Source of the DNA: Torpedo marmorata
Lineage: Eukaryota
Direction: 5' to 3'
NCBI GenBank assembly: GCA_977017645.1
Contig: OZ360219.1
Location: forward strand, 289,416,001-289,480,000
DNA length: 64,000 nucleotides
Both the position numbers and the translations under genes were made by a program. Positions 36,015 to 49,275 of this stretch are shown piece by piece; positions within the stretch are counted from its first letter, which is position 1; every line of letters begins with the position of its first letter. The notes beneath the pieces are model-generated. The model did not search any database. It was given only the letters and a program-made list of their open reading frames with translations, and was not told the DNA's origin.

Positions 36015-37069
36015 ATCTAATGCCTTTCATGTCTCTTTCAAGATGTGCTATGGCTTGAAGAAGATGCGCAACAACGTTGAGGTGTAAGAAGAACTGTGAT
36101 GACTCAATGCACTTTTTCCTGACGGGGATCATTGTACGTTAAACCAACGTTGGTCAAAAACTTTTTCATGAAGATGCTGCACTTTTAAACAAGTGTGGCC
36201 TGTTTACATAGCTGCTACGCTCATTCCTGGTTAATAAGCTACCTGATTTAGGAAGAGGCAACATGTCCTGAAGTTTCACAGTATCTGGAACCAACATTTC
36301 CGTCCTAATGCTGCAGTGATGTCAGGAAACACACTGATGTTTTACTCTTACGGAAGGAACTGTCTTTAATTCTTTTTGACGTCTCTTTGAGAGAAAGGTC
36401 TTTAGTTTCAGTGCAATGGTCTGGCAGTGATGCTAAGTTGTCATTGTTTGCTTGGGGTCTATGTGAAAATCCTCTCTGTGACAACTGTGCACATTCCATG
36501 CACGTTCTGTCCATGCCTCCCCCACCCCCCCTCCACCATTTCCCTCAAGCCTCACTTTCATTGTCCTTCCTGATCCCAGATTTAAATCGGACTTTGTTAA
36601 ACAACGGTATAGCTCAAAGCGGCTGCATGGAATCCGCAGATGTAAGCACACTGCCGGGCTGTTCAGACCAAAGTGGACAAACAGAGGCTTAAAGTCTTTC
36701 CTGTGGCTTGTTCTGTTCTAACAAGGGTACAGGGATCCTGGCCTCCACTGTCAGCCTCACTGAGCATACAACTCTTTACGCTGGGATAGACAGGGATCCC
36801 GACAAGAGTCTGGTTTCTCCAACAACAATTGGATGGATCATTCGGCATGGTCTAGAGGGCTGAAAGGCCTGTTTCTGTGCTGTAGTGTTCTATAGAGCAT
36901 TGTGGCATCTGCCAGTGTGGAGATTGTTAGTGTAAGCTGCGCTAACTGACTCTCCCACCAACACCAGAGATGTCGCTGGAACTGAAAATCACCAGTGACC
37001 GAGGCTGGATTCTCTCCCCCAAACCTTTATTGCTGGACCTCGAGGATTTTTATAGGAGTTCTGGAATTG

Positions 37070-37630
37070 GGTGAGATGGGGGAGGGGGGCGGGTGCAGGG
37101 TAAAGGAATGAGGTGGGACAGGGTGCGGAATGGGATGTATGGTGGGGTGTAAGGGGTGAGGTGGTGCAGAATGATGTCACGAAGGGGTACTCTGGGTGTG
37201 GCAGAGTAAGGGTAAGGCTGGGAGTTGGGTGGAGGTAGGACAGAGCAGGAGTTGGGGTGGGGTGGCAGGATGGGTGAGCGGAGTGGGCCAGGATAGTGGG
37301 GTAGGGTAACGAGCGGGGTGTGGGTTAGGGGTGGGATGGGAATAGGTATGGGGATTGGGTGAGGTGGGCAGGTAAGGATCAGGAATTGAGATAGGGTCTG
37401 TGGTGGAGATGGGAGATTGAAGTAGGGCCGGGTGTACAGTGTGGGTTGGGGAGGGGGTGCTAGATGTGTGGTGGGTTTTGGATGGGGGACACGTAAGTTG
37501 GGGCTGGGGCTGGGAATGGCGTGGGGGGAAGCCTGCTTGGTATGAGGTGCACCATGATCATGAGTGGGGTAGTGAGGGGTGCAGCTTTGTTGGAGTGGGA
37601 TGGGGGGGTGGAGTGTAAGTTGTAGGTGCG
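37070..37630. repeat. G-rich low-complexity tract
   Basis: Dense GGG/GGGG runs on the plus strand. Confidence 0.75.
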
Positions 37631-37679
37631 AGACGAGATATGTGAGGGGAGGGGATATTCCGTTCCTCAATCGCATAGT

Positions 37680-37990
37680 CACAGTCCTTTCCCCAGGGCA
37701 GGAGGATGTAAAACTAGAGGCCATAGATTTAAGACAAGAGGGGAAAGTTTTAAAAGGGGCCTGAAGGGCACGTTTTTCATACAGAGGGTGGTGGGTACGT
37801 GGAAAGAGCTACCAGAGGAAGTGGTTGAGGTGGGCACAATTGTAATGTTTGAAAGACATTTAGGGAGGTTTGTGGTTAGGGCCGGTTGAGGGGGATATGG
37901 ACCGAACGCAGGCAAAAGGGACTAGCTCAGACAGAGTTGGTTGGCATGGAATATTTGAGCAGAAGAGCATGTTTCCGTTTTGTCTAGCCT
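37680..37990 (+). mobile_element. CR1 LINE 3' fragment
   Basis: ORF 37626-37889 KTRGHRFKTRGESFKRGLKGTFFIQRVVGTWKELPEEVVEVGTIVMFERHL. Confidence 0.85.
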
Positions 37991-38760
37991 TTTGACTCTG
38001 CTCTCCGATATGATCTCACCATTTCCCAGGTAAACACTCCCTAACTGCGCTGAATTACTCTCTTCCCACACACACGAAGAATCTGTAAACACTACTCCTC
38101 CTGGATACACACGAGAGACTGCAGATGCTAGAATCTGGGACAAATAAACAATCTGCTGGAGGAACTCAGCGGGTCGAGCAGCATCAGTGGGAGAAAAAGA
38201 ATGGTGAACGTTCTGGACCGTAACCCTTCATCAAGACTTCCTCCTCCTGTTTCCAAGTGTCTGTTCCCCATGCGGATAGGAGTCTGCATCCTCACACAAG
38301 TAATGCAGAGCTAACTCATGTTGATTTGGCTACAACTAGAAGGAGAAGCCATACTCACGCAGACAATGGGAGGAAATTAAAAGCCCCACCAACCCTGCTT
38401 TTCACTCACTAACAGTCATTGTATAGACAGGTCAGCACTGCGTGGATATCAGCCTTTGATTCACCATAACCATGGCAACAGTTCATTCACTCATTCACCC
38501 AGCAGGATAATAGTTCGTTAACAACTAATAAGAAGCTGGAGAGACTCAAGAGTGGGTTGGGCAGCATCCATGGAGAGAAATGATAGTCGACGTTTTGAGC
38601 CGGGATCCTTTCTCGAGACTAGGATTAAAAGGGGAGATATCAAGCATAAAGTGGGGGCGGGGTGGGCAGCAGGGCTGGAGTGGATTGAAGAAATGGATAA
38701 TCAACGTTTTGGGTCGGGACCCTTCCTCAAGACGAGGATTGGAAGAGCCGATATCAACCT

Positions 38761-38986
38761 AGAGGTTAGCGCAATGCTGTTACAACACCAGTGACCCAGG
38801 TTCGAATCCGGCGCTGTCTGTAAGGAGTTTATACGTTCTCCCCATGTTGCATGGGTTTCCTCCGGCCGCACTGGTTTCCTCCCACCCTTCAAAGCGTACG
38901 AAGGTTGTAGGTTAATTGGTGTATTTGGCCAGCATGGGCTTGTGGATCGGAAAGGCCTGTTACTGAGCTATACGTCTAAATTTAAA
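38761..38986 (+). mobile_element. tRNA-derived SINE
   Basis: B box ggttcgaatcc, body and tail like 23761-24024. Confidence 0.82.
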
Positions 38987-39298
38987 ATCAAAGTGGGGTG
39001 CGAGAAGGGCTGGGGAGAGTGAAGGAAATGTTTCAGGTGGGACCCTTTCTGGATGTTTTGTGACCTGCTGAGTTCCTCCATTTTCTCAATGTCCACTCAA
39101 GATTCCAGCATCTACAGTCCTTGTGTTTCAATAGTTTGTGAACACTCCGGTAAGCATAGGTTGATCAGACTGCACCAGGCAATGAGTCGTAATTGGGAGG
39201 GTGTACAACTTGGGAGTTCCAGTCGACCAACGAGGTTACAGTGTTATAAAATTGTACTGAAACCACAGTGAGACCACACTGGTGCTCAGGTGAAGTTA

Positions 39299-39556
<258 letters not shown>

Positions 39557-40345
39557 TCAACACTGCGTTTAAGGAATAAGTAATTGAATGGTTGTTATGG
39601 TTCATCTGTAGGGCATGGATTGTCAGCATTTGGAATGAATTGCAGAAAATGGGCTTAGCTGAAAAATGCTGGAGGGCGATTAGCTCAGGAAAGAAAGAGT
39701 ACATCAGCCATGATTCAAATGGCACAGTGGACTTGATGGGCTGAATGGCCTGATTCTGCTCCTATCTCTTATGGTCTTATACAACTATCTCAGTGCATGG
39801 CCTGGCAGCAACCCACAATGCTTTATCCACATATGGCTAAACTAGACAACTGGCCCATCTCTCTCCCTCCAGCCATTGGTTTATGCTGTATTCTGAACTC
39901 AACTCAGGCAACAGCAGGTCAACTCCAAGTGAGTGAAGTTCTTGGTACAGGTTCCTCTGGAGATCTTAGGACAAAGGTCCAGGTTGCAGCTCCACTACAG
40001 TACTCAGGCTGTTCTGTGCTTGTGGAGATGCAGTCACGTGGACTCAGCTGTCACCTTGCCTACTGCTGAAAAGTGGCTGGTGTGGATTGTGCATTGTCGT
40101 GACCTGTCCAATTTCCAGGCTCCTGTGCCACTAGTTCAATTAAGAAAACCCGACTTGTCCCCAGAGTCTTGGCCCGTCTTGACTTCTCAACCAATACCTC
40201 TGAAGCAGACTGCCTGATCATGAGCACATTGCGGTATATGAGACCCTGGTGTGAGCAGATTGGCCAATTCCTAAATTACAATAATGACATCACTCCAAAT
40301 GTATATCATTGGCTATGATGTTAGTCCTTAATCAATACAAGCGAA

Positions 40346-40780
40346 ATGGCCAATAGACTTCTCAAATGTATTAATCTCTCCCTAAAGATTTGTGCAATTA
40401 GATTTTCTTCAATTACCTTAAAATGTACTAACAATTATTATCATTCAACAGAAGTAATTACTATATTTTTTCATAATGGATCAGCACAATTTAAAGCTTC
40501 TACTTTAAACTGCTATCCCTTTCTTTATATGCCTTTCCAGTTTAGAGTGAGAAAATTTTCAATCCTTCCACAGACATTCGCAATTCTGGTTATTTATTAT
40601 CCAATTCCGAGTCCCAAGTGTACAAATGCTCCCAGATCCCCAAAGATAAACTCTCAACATTCATCCAATCCGGTCATTCTTTTCTTCCAATGTCCGACTG
40701 TCTTCCACAACAGCAGTCTGTTCTCCTTGAACCGTTTTCAATTGTCAATTACCAGCAGCAGTGTTTCTACTTCAATAATA
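40346..40780 (-). mobile_element. Old L1/Tx1-like ORF2 fragment
   Basis: AT-rich. One minus frame reads PDWMNVESLSLGIWEHLYTWDSEL, resembling AWIRIELNNIGEDSKEVIYKWNSKL in the L1 at 45953. Many stops. Confidence 0.4.
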
Positions 40781-41461
40781 TTCCGTCCCCTTTTAAAGCA
40801 CTTACTTGCACCAGTCACCCCTGTTTATGCCTGGAGCCAGTTTTAATTCTGGGCCTATGCTTGTATCAGTTGGTTACTGCTTTTCAGAAAGGGTTTAAGC
40901 TGGACCACGTATTTCACTCCCTGCTGGAAGTTTTAAGTTTGAACAACAATATAAAATGAGACACAGAAGTGCTGGCGAAACCCAGCAGGTCACGCAGTAT
41001 CCATTGGAAGTAAAAGGGTAACCAGCATTTCGGGCCTGGGTTCTTTGTCGGATATAAGCACCTGAATAAAAAGGTGAGGGAAGGGGAAGGAGGAGAGGAA
41101 GAGGAAGGGCCAGGGGAAGGAACACAGGTTAAATTAAGTCATAGGTCAATACAGGTGGGAGGGTAGAAGAGAAAAAAGCTGAGGGGGAGAGGGTAGCTCT
41201 CTGATAGAAGAGGGGAGGGGGTGGGAAGCTGGAGGAAAGGAGGCAGAGGCATAGGGAAAGAGTGTCAGCCAGATGCTAAGCCATCAGGACTTCCGAACAA
41301 CTGGATGTCGAATTTTGGGAGTTTTACATTGCTGTTCTGGTGTATCAGCTGAACATGTTCACAACTCCTGAACATACTAACACGCTCATTACCAATATTG
41401 CATGCAGCGATTTCAATCCATATTTGCGGGGGACTTGCTGAGCTGAACTGAGTTCTCTTAC

Positions 41462-41585
41462 CAAGTACATCCAGCTGGTAAGTGTGGCTAATGCTGCCAT
41501 ACTTGTTCTCCACCACACAGGTGTAATTGCCACGGTCTGAGGGAACCACACTCTCCATCACCAAACTCCACTGCTGGTGCCGCAA
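41462..41585 (-). CDS. FGFR3: FGFR3 IgII second exon (124 nt)
   Basis: cag|TTG CGG ... CTT G|gtaag. Translates [41 protein letters not shown]. Confidence 0.97.
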
Positions 41586-41844
41586 CTGGAGACAGAATTA
41601 GACAAAAACACAAATCACGTTATTCTCTGATGTCCGTGCACGTTCTGTATTGCAACACAATGCTTGCAACAAGTGCAGTTTTCTCTACATTCTGCATTAT
41701 GTTTTTCTACTTTTCTCTATACCCTGCACCATTCGACTTATTGTAACATCACTCCTGACACTATTTGTTTATTTGTCATTATTGCACCGAAGCCTTTGAC
41801 TGTATCTCGGTACACGTGACAAAAAAGAATTCAATTCGATTATT

Positions 41845-42140
41845 TCCTGGGGCGACAATAGCAAATACCAAAGGACATTGGTTTAAGGTGAGGGGAGGAA
41901 AGTTTAGGGGAGATGTCAGAAGTACGTTTTTTACACAGAGAGCGGTGGGTGCCTGGAATGTATTGCCCAGGGTGGTGGTGGAGGCTGGTACAATAGGGAC
42001 ATTCAAAAGACTCTTAGACAGGCACATGGATGTTAGAGAAATAGAGGGTTATGGGTGTGAGGTAAGGAAAAAAATAGGTTGTTGTGGAATAGGTTTACAT
42101 AGGTCGGCACAACATCGTGTGCTGTAGTGTTCTATGTTCG
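41845..42140 (+). mobile_element. CR1 LINE 3' fragment
   Basis: NTKGHWFKVRGGKFRGDVRSTFFTQRAVGAWNVLPRVVVEAGTIGTFKRLLDRHM. Confidence 0.88.
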
Positions 42141-42520
42141 ATGGTTAAACACAACATTGTTCTGGAACATTAGGGACGGCTGTTGAGTGATAAGGGCTTG
42201 GGTTTGCAGGGTACAGTAGGCCTCACTCTGCATCTATCTGAACCACAGCAGTTCTCGATACTTGGAGTCAGCAGGGTGGGTAGGTTGGATTTGGAGAGCA
42301 TTCACTGCACAGATGCAGTGACCACTCCCACTTAGATCGGCAGAAAAAAAAATCTCGCTCTTTCTGGCCTCTATCTGTACACAGTATGCCCCGCAGTTTT
42401 ACTTGCTTTTGCGCTAATTTATTTGGATTACTAGCCTGGGAACCTCACTCCCAGTCAAAATCTATGGGCACGTGTGCAGGAATGGGTGAGAACAGGCCTT
42501 TGCTCATCTTTAATGCCCAA

Positions 42521-42758
42521 GGGCGGCATGGTTAGCATAGCGGTTAGGGCAACACTATTACAGCACCAGCGACCAAGGTACGAATCTGGCGCTGTCTGTA
42601 AGGAGTTTGTACATTCTTCCCGTATCTTTGTGAGTTTCCTCCGGGTGCTCCGGTTTCCTCCCATCCTCCAAAAACGTATGGGGTTTGTAGGTTATTTGAG
42701 GAATTTGGGCGGCACGGGCTTGTGGGCCGGAAGGGCCTGTTACCGTGCTGTATGCCTA
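42521..42758 (+). mobile_element. tRNA-derived SINE
   Basis: gggcggcatggttagcatagcggttag... same family as 23761. Confidence 0.82.
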
Positions 42759-44513
42759 GTGGTGTAAGAGTAACCTCTTCTCACATCATCAGGGGCCACT
42801 TGGGTGAGGAGATGGGCGGGCGATCGACGCTTGAAGAAGCACACTAAGAAACACATTTGGAAGAGGAAGGGGATGAAAGTGACATCTCTGAACTGTTGCT
42901 TGGAAGGAGAAGGGCAAAGAAATAGTAAATCTTTTCAACAGCTTACAAGACAATTGCTGGCTTTTTTGGTTAGTAAAGGATTAAAGCAAGCCTTGCATTC
43001 ATGCGGTTAAGCATGCAATGTCACATGGACTTTAGAGGATTAGAAAATATTGCAGATTCCTAAAAGGATTTGAAAGCTCCTTTAAAGTAGGATTTTAGAC
43101 CAAAAGCTAACCTGTCACTTCTGGTTTGTGTATAATTTCAAATAGGAGGCAGCATGTTCAGATAAATGTAACAAAAAAACTAAACAGCATCTCAAACGGG
43201 AAAACACATGTTTATATTTGTTCAGTAGGTTTACAGCTGTCATTAAAGGCAAGTTGTTTGCTGCTTTAAGCTGCTGTTTTTGTGTCAAGAGATTTCAGCT
43301 CATTCTCCATTAACAGTGGATAAGCTGTCAGTCCTGCCTCCCGGCAGATGAAGGGTATGGGAGAATGTTCTGAAGAAAAGAGCATTTATTCCAACCTAAG
43401 GGAGATAAGGCTAGACAAGGTTTGATGGAACCATCATCCAGCCAACATGGTCATCACAGAACCCCCTCAAAAGGATTTCCTCTAATGTAAAACTGGCTCC
43501 ACCTTCCTCTGGCCTGTGCGAGGGCAGTAACCGGCAGTAACCTGCAGGCACTCCCACCACTGTAGTCGAGCTGGATTCCCTTACACCAACTGAAAGAGTG
43601 GATTTATCACATTTTTATAATAATGATCAATGGTGTGGTTGGTGAGTGCAGAGGCTGCAGTCACATTGCAAACACCTCCTCCCATCCTCCACACAAATAT
43701 CAGCCCCAAAAGTTGCCTTTGCTTTTAAAGTACTGCTAATATATAGAACATTACAGCACAGTACAGGCCCTTCAGCCCACGATGTGCTGACTATGTTAAC
43801 CTACTCTACAACAATCTGATTTTTCCCTACCTCATACCCATAACCCCCTATTTTTCTTACAGAAAATAAATTTTGAGGCATGAGACAGGACTCTGAAAAA
43901 GCACTGAAGCTCTTCACCTCAAATTAGCTGCTGAGCTTGTGAAATATATTTTCTAAATACAATTTTTCAGCTGGAGTAGGGTCAACTCAGCTTCGGTGTT
44001 GACCAAGTGAAAGAGGGACTGATAGATACCCTGACAGACCGCTTGGCACGCAGCACCCTCTTTTGTACACCGGCGGCAAGAGAGATAAATTCCTTTACAA
44101 TAGGTGTCACCGAAATACTGAGGAAACATTGACAGGGGTCACTCACCCCATGAGCTGGGTTCTAAACAAATGGAAAGTCTCTGCAGCAATTCTCAGGCCT
44201 TTTGGCTGAAGGCCTTATCCAGCACTTTTAAAGTGCTGGTGCCTTTCATCATCTGTATCTACTGCTGACAAGGCCTGTCTACAGCAGCTTGGCCTGCCTC
44301 TGCTGATGCACTGCTAATCCTCTGGGATTGTCCTGACCTGCCCGCTCCATCACATCATCCATCTCATCAGTGTCAGAGTGCTACAGGCAACAAGCCCCAG
44401 GTGTTCCGTGGGGTTAAAGGTTGCCATACTGGCTGAAAAAAAGTGAAGGTGGGGACTCTTAATTGCTCCCAAACTGAAGCGGCAGTTAGATGGACAATAA
44501 ATGCCAGCAATTA

Positions 44514-44742
44514 GGACAGCACAGTTAGCGTTAACTGTTACGGTGCCAGCGACTGGGGTTCGAATCCGGCACTGTCTGTAAGGAGTTTGTACATTCTTCC
44601 CGTGTCTGCATGGGTTTCCTCCCACCATTCAAAAATTTACCGCGGGTTGTAGGTTAATTGAGTGTAATTGGGTGGCACGGGCTCGTGGGCCGAAGGGGCC
44701 TGTTACTGTGTTGTATGTCTAAATTTAAACTTTAAATTTAAA
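44514..44742 (+). mobile_element. tRNA-derived SINE
   Basis: gactggggttcgaatccggcactgtctgtaaggagtttg... with (aaattt)n tail. Confidence 0.82.
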
Positions 44743-44940
44743 TATATGCACCACACAAACAATAACATTAAGAAACTATTTTTTTGAAGGCAATATCTGT
44801 GGGACTGAAATGACCTGAATGTTTACTTGCCCTTTGCACTTTAACCTTATTTGACCAATCACAAGCCTGTTGAACAATAGGTGGATGCCCTGATTGGTTG
44901 AAACCTGATAGGTCATGGACAGTGTGGTGTGATGGCTCAC

Positions 44941-45110
44941 CTTGATGCCTCCGATCCGGTGTTCACCCCTAAATTCCTTGCCATTCTTCAGCCAGTGGAT
45001 GGTGGGGGTCGGGTTCCCCGCAGCTGGGCACCGGAAACGAACCGTGTTAGCCGCAGGCACTGCGTGGAGTTTCTTCTCCATCCGGTCGGGACGGGCCCAG
45101 TAGGGAGCCC
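44941..45110 (-). CDS. FGFR3: FGFR3 IgII first exon (170 nt); most 5' exon found
   Basis: ttttcag|GG GCT ... ATC AAG|gtgag. Translates [57 protein letters not shown]. Confidence 0.97.
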
Positions 45111-45669
45111 CTGAAAACGTCAACGTAAGGCAGTCAACTGCTTGTTCTTGTGGCCAACACAACAACTGAGAAACATGTAACATGCGTTGGGTGAATCTCA
45201 AAGTGTCACTGAAGGAATGAACCAGTAAATTCACACACATCTCCCAGACATAATTTCTCCAGCATTCCAGAGTCCCACTTTGTTTGATCTGCAACCTCCT
45301 GATAATTTGACAGTCTGGCCTTGCTGAATGGTGTGGCTCTCTCTCACTCGCCCGCAAAGCATCAATCCCACTCCCCTCTGCCCCAGAGCCGCAGATTTCC
45401 CGCAGTCTCCTTCCCTCTGTTGCAGCTTGCTGTATAGGGTCATACAGCACAGGAGCAGGCCCATCACTTCCATGCTGGTCATTTTACCCCATCCACACGA
45501 ATCACATTTACCAGAACATGGTCCGTAGCATTCTAAGCCTTGCTAATTCAGGTCCTCGTCTTAATACTTCTCAAATAACGTGACAGTCTGTGCCTCCCTC
45601 TCCCCTTCAGGCAGAGACACTCATCTTATTTAAGAAGTACATTTTCGAAACAACAAACACCCTCCAGAG

Positions 45670-45905
45670 CAGCCATTCTCAATCTTTTTTCGGCTATGCC
45701 CCACCCTCACAAGACTCTGCTCACAGTTTATAGGCCCCCTTCCCTGTGAAGCAGTCAAGTTTTTTTTCCTGTACTTCTCTCCTATCGACTACATAAAAAA
45801 ACATTAAAAATATTTATGTTACGTGAGGTGAAAAGAAAACAAGGCTTTTACTTAAATGTGCTGTGGCCCCCAAGGGGGGTGTAGGGCCCCCGTTGAGAAT
45901 GGCTG
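45670..45905. mobile_element. hAT-like MITE
   Basis: TIRs cagccattctcaa / ttgagaatggctg. Degenerate 8-bp flanks ctccagag / ctctaaat. Confidence 0.7.
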
Positions 45906-45952
45906 CTCTAAATTGACCTTCTGTGTATTCCAAGCTCTCAAGGTTAGGATTA

Positions 45953-47348
45953 TTTAGGAAAATCTTCTGCTTGGATCAGAATAGAATTAAATAATATAGG
46001 AGAGGATTCGAAAGAAGTTATTTATAAATGGAATTCTAAATTATTATTAAGAGGAGGTAAAAACTCTCCTATTTTAAAGCATTTGTTAGAAATATGGAAT
46101 AAAGTGGATATGGAGATAGGAGGGAAAGGGTTAATTTCTTGTAAAATGCCTTTATATCAAAATAAACATCCCATTTATTATGGATAATCAATTGTTTAAA
46201 ATTTGGTTTCAAAAAGGGATTAAAAAAATAAATGATTGTTTTGAAGCTAGTAAATTTATCACTTTTCAAAGAATGAAAGAGAAGTTTAATGTATTAAATA
46301 ATACACTCTGCTTATTATCAAATAAGAGCATTTTTAGTTGAAAAGTTGGATCATAGTTTAATTTTACCAAGACAAAGTGAATTGGAGCTATTAGTTACTA
46401 ATGGGGGTATAAATAAATTTATTTCTCAAATATATAAATTGTTACAGAAAAAAATGCCTAAACCAGGAATTCATAAATCAAGATTAAAATGGGAATTAGA
46501 AATGAATGTAACAATAGATGAGGAACATTGGAAAGAAATATGTAAACAAAGTATGACTAAAATTATTAATGTTAGATATAGGTTAGTACAATATAATTTT
46601 TTGCATCAATTATATTTAACGCCTAAAGAACGCCTATATTAACCCTAAAGAAATTTAACTCGAGATTATCAGATTTATGTTTCAGATGTAATAGAGAAGA
46701 AGGTTCTTTTGTACATTCTACGTGGCTTTGTCCAAAAATACATGCTTTTTGGTTGAAATTTTAAAAGTTTTTAGATAAAGTATTAAGAATTACACTCCCA
46801 ATGAACCCTATGATATTTCTGTTTGGAGATATTAAAATAATTAGTATTAAAATGAGATTAAATATGTACCAAATAGAATTTTTGTGAATTGCTTTAGCTG
46901 TTTCAAGGAAATGCATTGCTATTACATGGAAAACTGATGTAGATTTAGGGTTAGAAAGATGGCATGCAGAACTTCGTTCATGCATACCACTTGAAAAAAT
47001 TACTTACAATTCACGTAATAAATATCATTTCTTTTTGAAGGTATGGAGCTCATGTATAAAAACTGTGGGTTTAAAGATTTGAAGATCTCTTGATATCAGG
47101 TCTGACTGGTGAACCTGTGTTCCACAATAAAATTAATTTATAGTTGTTTTTTCTTTTACATTGACATTCTCCACATTCTATTCTTTTTTTTCTTTTCTCT
47201 CTATTTTATTGGGGTGGGTGGGTTAGGGAGGGGGAAGGGAGGGAGGGGAGGGTGAAAATATATCACATGTATTTTGATAATTTTGAATTTTGTAAACGTA
47301 TTATTGTGTGATTAAAATTTTTAAATAAAATATTTAATAATAATAATA
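45953..47348 (+). mobile_element. 5'-truncated L1/Tx1-clade LINE (ORF2 C-terminus plus 3'UTR)
   Basis: KWELEMNVTIDEEHWKEIC...YRLVQYNFLHQLYLTP, then CFRCNREEGSFVHSTWLC (CCHC-type finger). aataaa and (taa)n tail. 13-bp TSD aaggttaggatta at 45940-45952 and 47349-47361. Confidence 0.88.
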
Positions 47349-47384
47349 AAGGTTAGGATTAGGAACCAGCCTCCTCATCCTTAC

Positions 47385-47832
47385 TCCTGAAATCCCACAG
47401 CACTCTCTTGGATTCACTCCCAAAATCCCACAGCACTCTCTGGGATTCACTCCCACAATCCCTCAGCTTCACTCTGAGGGACTCACTCCCACAATCCCTC
47501 AGCCTCACTCTCGGGGAATCACTCCCACAATCCCTCAGCCTCACTCTCTGGGATTCACTCCCACAATCCCTCAGCTTCACTCTGAGGGACTCACTCCCAC
47601 AATCCCTCAGCCTCACTCTCGGGGAATCACTCCCACAATCCCTCAGCCTCACTCTCTGGGATTCACTCCCACAATCCCTCAGCTTCACTCTGAGGGACTC
47701 ACTCCCACAATCCCTCAGCCTCACTCTCGGGGAATCACTCCCACAATCCCTCAGCCTCACTCTCGGGGAATCACTCCCACAATCCCTCAGCTTCACTCTC
47801 TGCAAATTACTCCCAAAATCCCTCAGCCTTAC
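47385..47832. repeat. 36-bp minisatellite with 108-bp higher-order unit
   Basis: gg(a/g)..cactcccacaatccctcagc(c/t)tcactct.. about 12 copies, three variants cycling. Confidence 0.95.
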
Positions 47833-48579
47833 CACACCCCCTAACCTCACCCTCCCCACCTTGTTCTCTGGAAATCTTTGTGACCTTTGAATACTGTGAT
47901 GAGACACTTGTGTTGGCGTACTTTTGATTGGTTCTCCATCCTTCCCTACTTTGCCTGTCACCCATCTTTACTGCACCATCAAGGACCCCGGGGGATGTTT
48001 TATTCTGTTAAAACCCAGGCCGATTGCTGCTCAAGGAGGCAATTTTTTACACGGACATATCACACCTCTGGAGCAGGATTTGATGCAGGAGTGCAGAAGC
48101 TCTCTCCACTTACAAACACTTGCTTTAAAGCTTCCGACAATTCTAGTTGCCAAATTCTTGTCCTTATCAATGATCAAACCAGCCTAAGTATAACAGCTCC
48201 AATGGGACCCAAACCATTAAAGAACAGTTCCCGGGGAAAAGGTCGGAGCCAAATGATCATTGCCAGTGTCTGGAGTGAGCAATTACGATGAGGGAGAAAA
48301 GTGACTGCAAACAGGAACAGCAACATGGTGGCCTTTTGATCAACGGCTGACAAAATAACGGGCTTTGAAAGAAAAAGTATTGGAAATGTTTAGCAGCTCA
48401 GGCTGCATCGGTGGAAAGAGAAATAGTTAAAGGTTCAGTTTCAGTATCCTTCTACAGAACATTAACGGCTTCTCTTTTTACAGACACTGCCTGACCTGCT
48501 GAGCGTTCCAACATTTTCTGGTTTTATTTTCAGATTTGCAGCGGCAACATTTGCCTTAATTTCTCTGGATTTTAATATG

Positions 48580-48798
48580 CATTAAAACCCCTGTTATCTG
48601 GCACCTACGGGGATTGGTAGATGCCGGATAAGTGAATTTTTCGGTTGCTTGAGGTTGCATGTTGCGTGATTGGCGAACTAACGCCGAGGTGTACCAATTT
48701 TAAACTTCCGTATTTTTTACCTATTTATTTTCTACAATTTTTTTGCGGGTTGCTTGAGGCCGCTGGTTGCTTGAATTCCGGTTAATGGGTTTTACTAT
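48580..48798. mobile_element. Probable Tc1/mariner MITE (degenerate)
   Basis: Ends cattaaaacccctgttatctgg / ccggttaatgggttttactat are imperfect inverted repeats. Internal ggttgcttgag repeats. Confidence 0.5.
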
Positions 48799-49275
48799 AG
48801 TTTGGTTAGTGAGAGTATATTGTGTGCTGACGTAAATGTTCAGGTGTAGACTTTGCTGGAACTGGAACTGAACCATGTGGACTGTGATGTCCTCCACTGC
48901 CAAATCGCCATAAGGTAAAGGTTGCCAGACCCTGTGGAAATGCACTGGAATAAGAAATCAATACTTTCAGCCAAAGAGAGGAGAAAACTTAAGCGAAGGA
49001 AATGGTCACTTTGGTGACCATGGAACTAAGGCTACTGAATTCTAATTTGAGCTCTCCTGCATTAGTATAATGGCAATGAAAACTGCTTCCATATTCCCTG
49101 CAGGATGTACTGAATTACCTCTGCCGAAAAAGAGTGCACCAACAAGCTAGGATCTCGTTAAAATGTGAATCTAGGACCCCACATACACCCCTCCAAACAA
49201 ACCCTCTCAGGAGCTGCTCCTGAGGAGCTCGATCCACTGACAAATCAATCTGTATTGTTTGCAACCACTGAAAAT

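Noticed and set aside
44776-45450. 224-aa ORF as a single-exon gene (likewise 21860-22312 and 22743-23099)
   Set aside because: Only the segments bounded by AG/GT match FGFR3. The extensions are intronic read-through.
47359-47961. 200-aa RVRLRDCGSES repeat ORF
   Set aside because: Translation of a 36-bp minisatellite.
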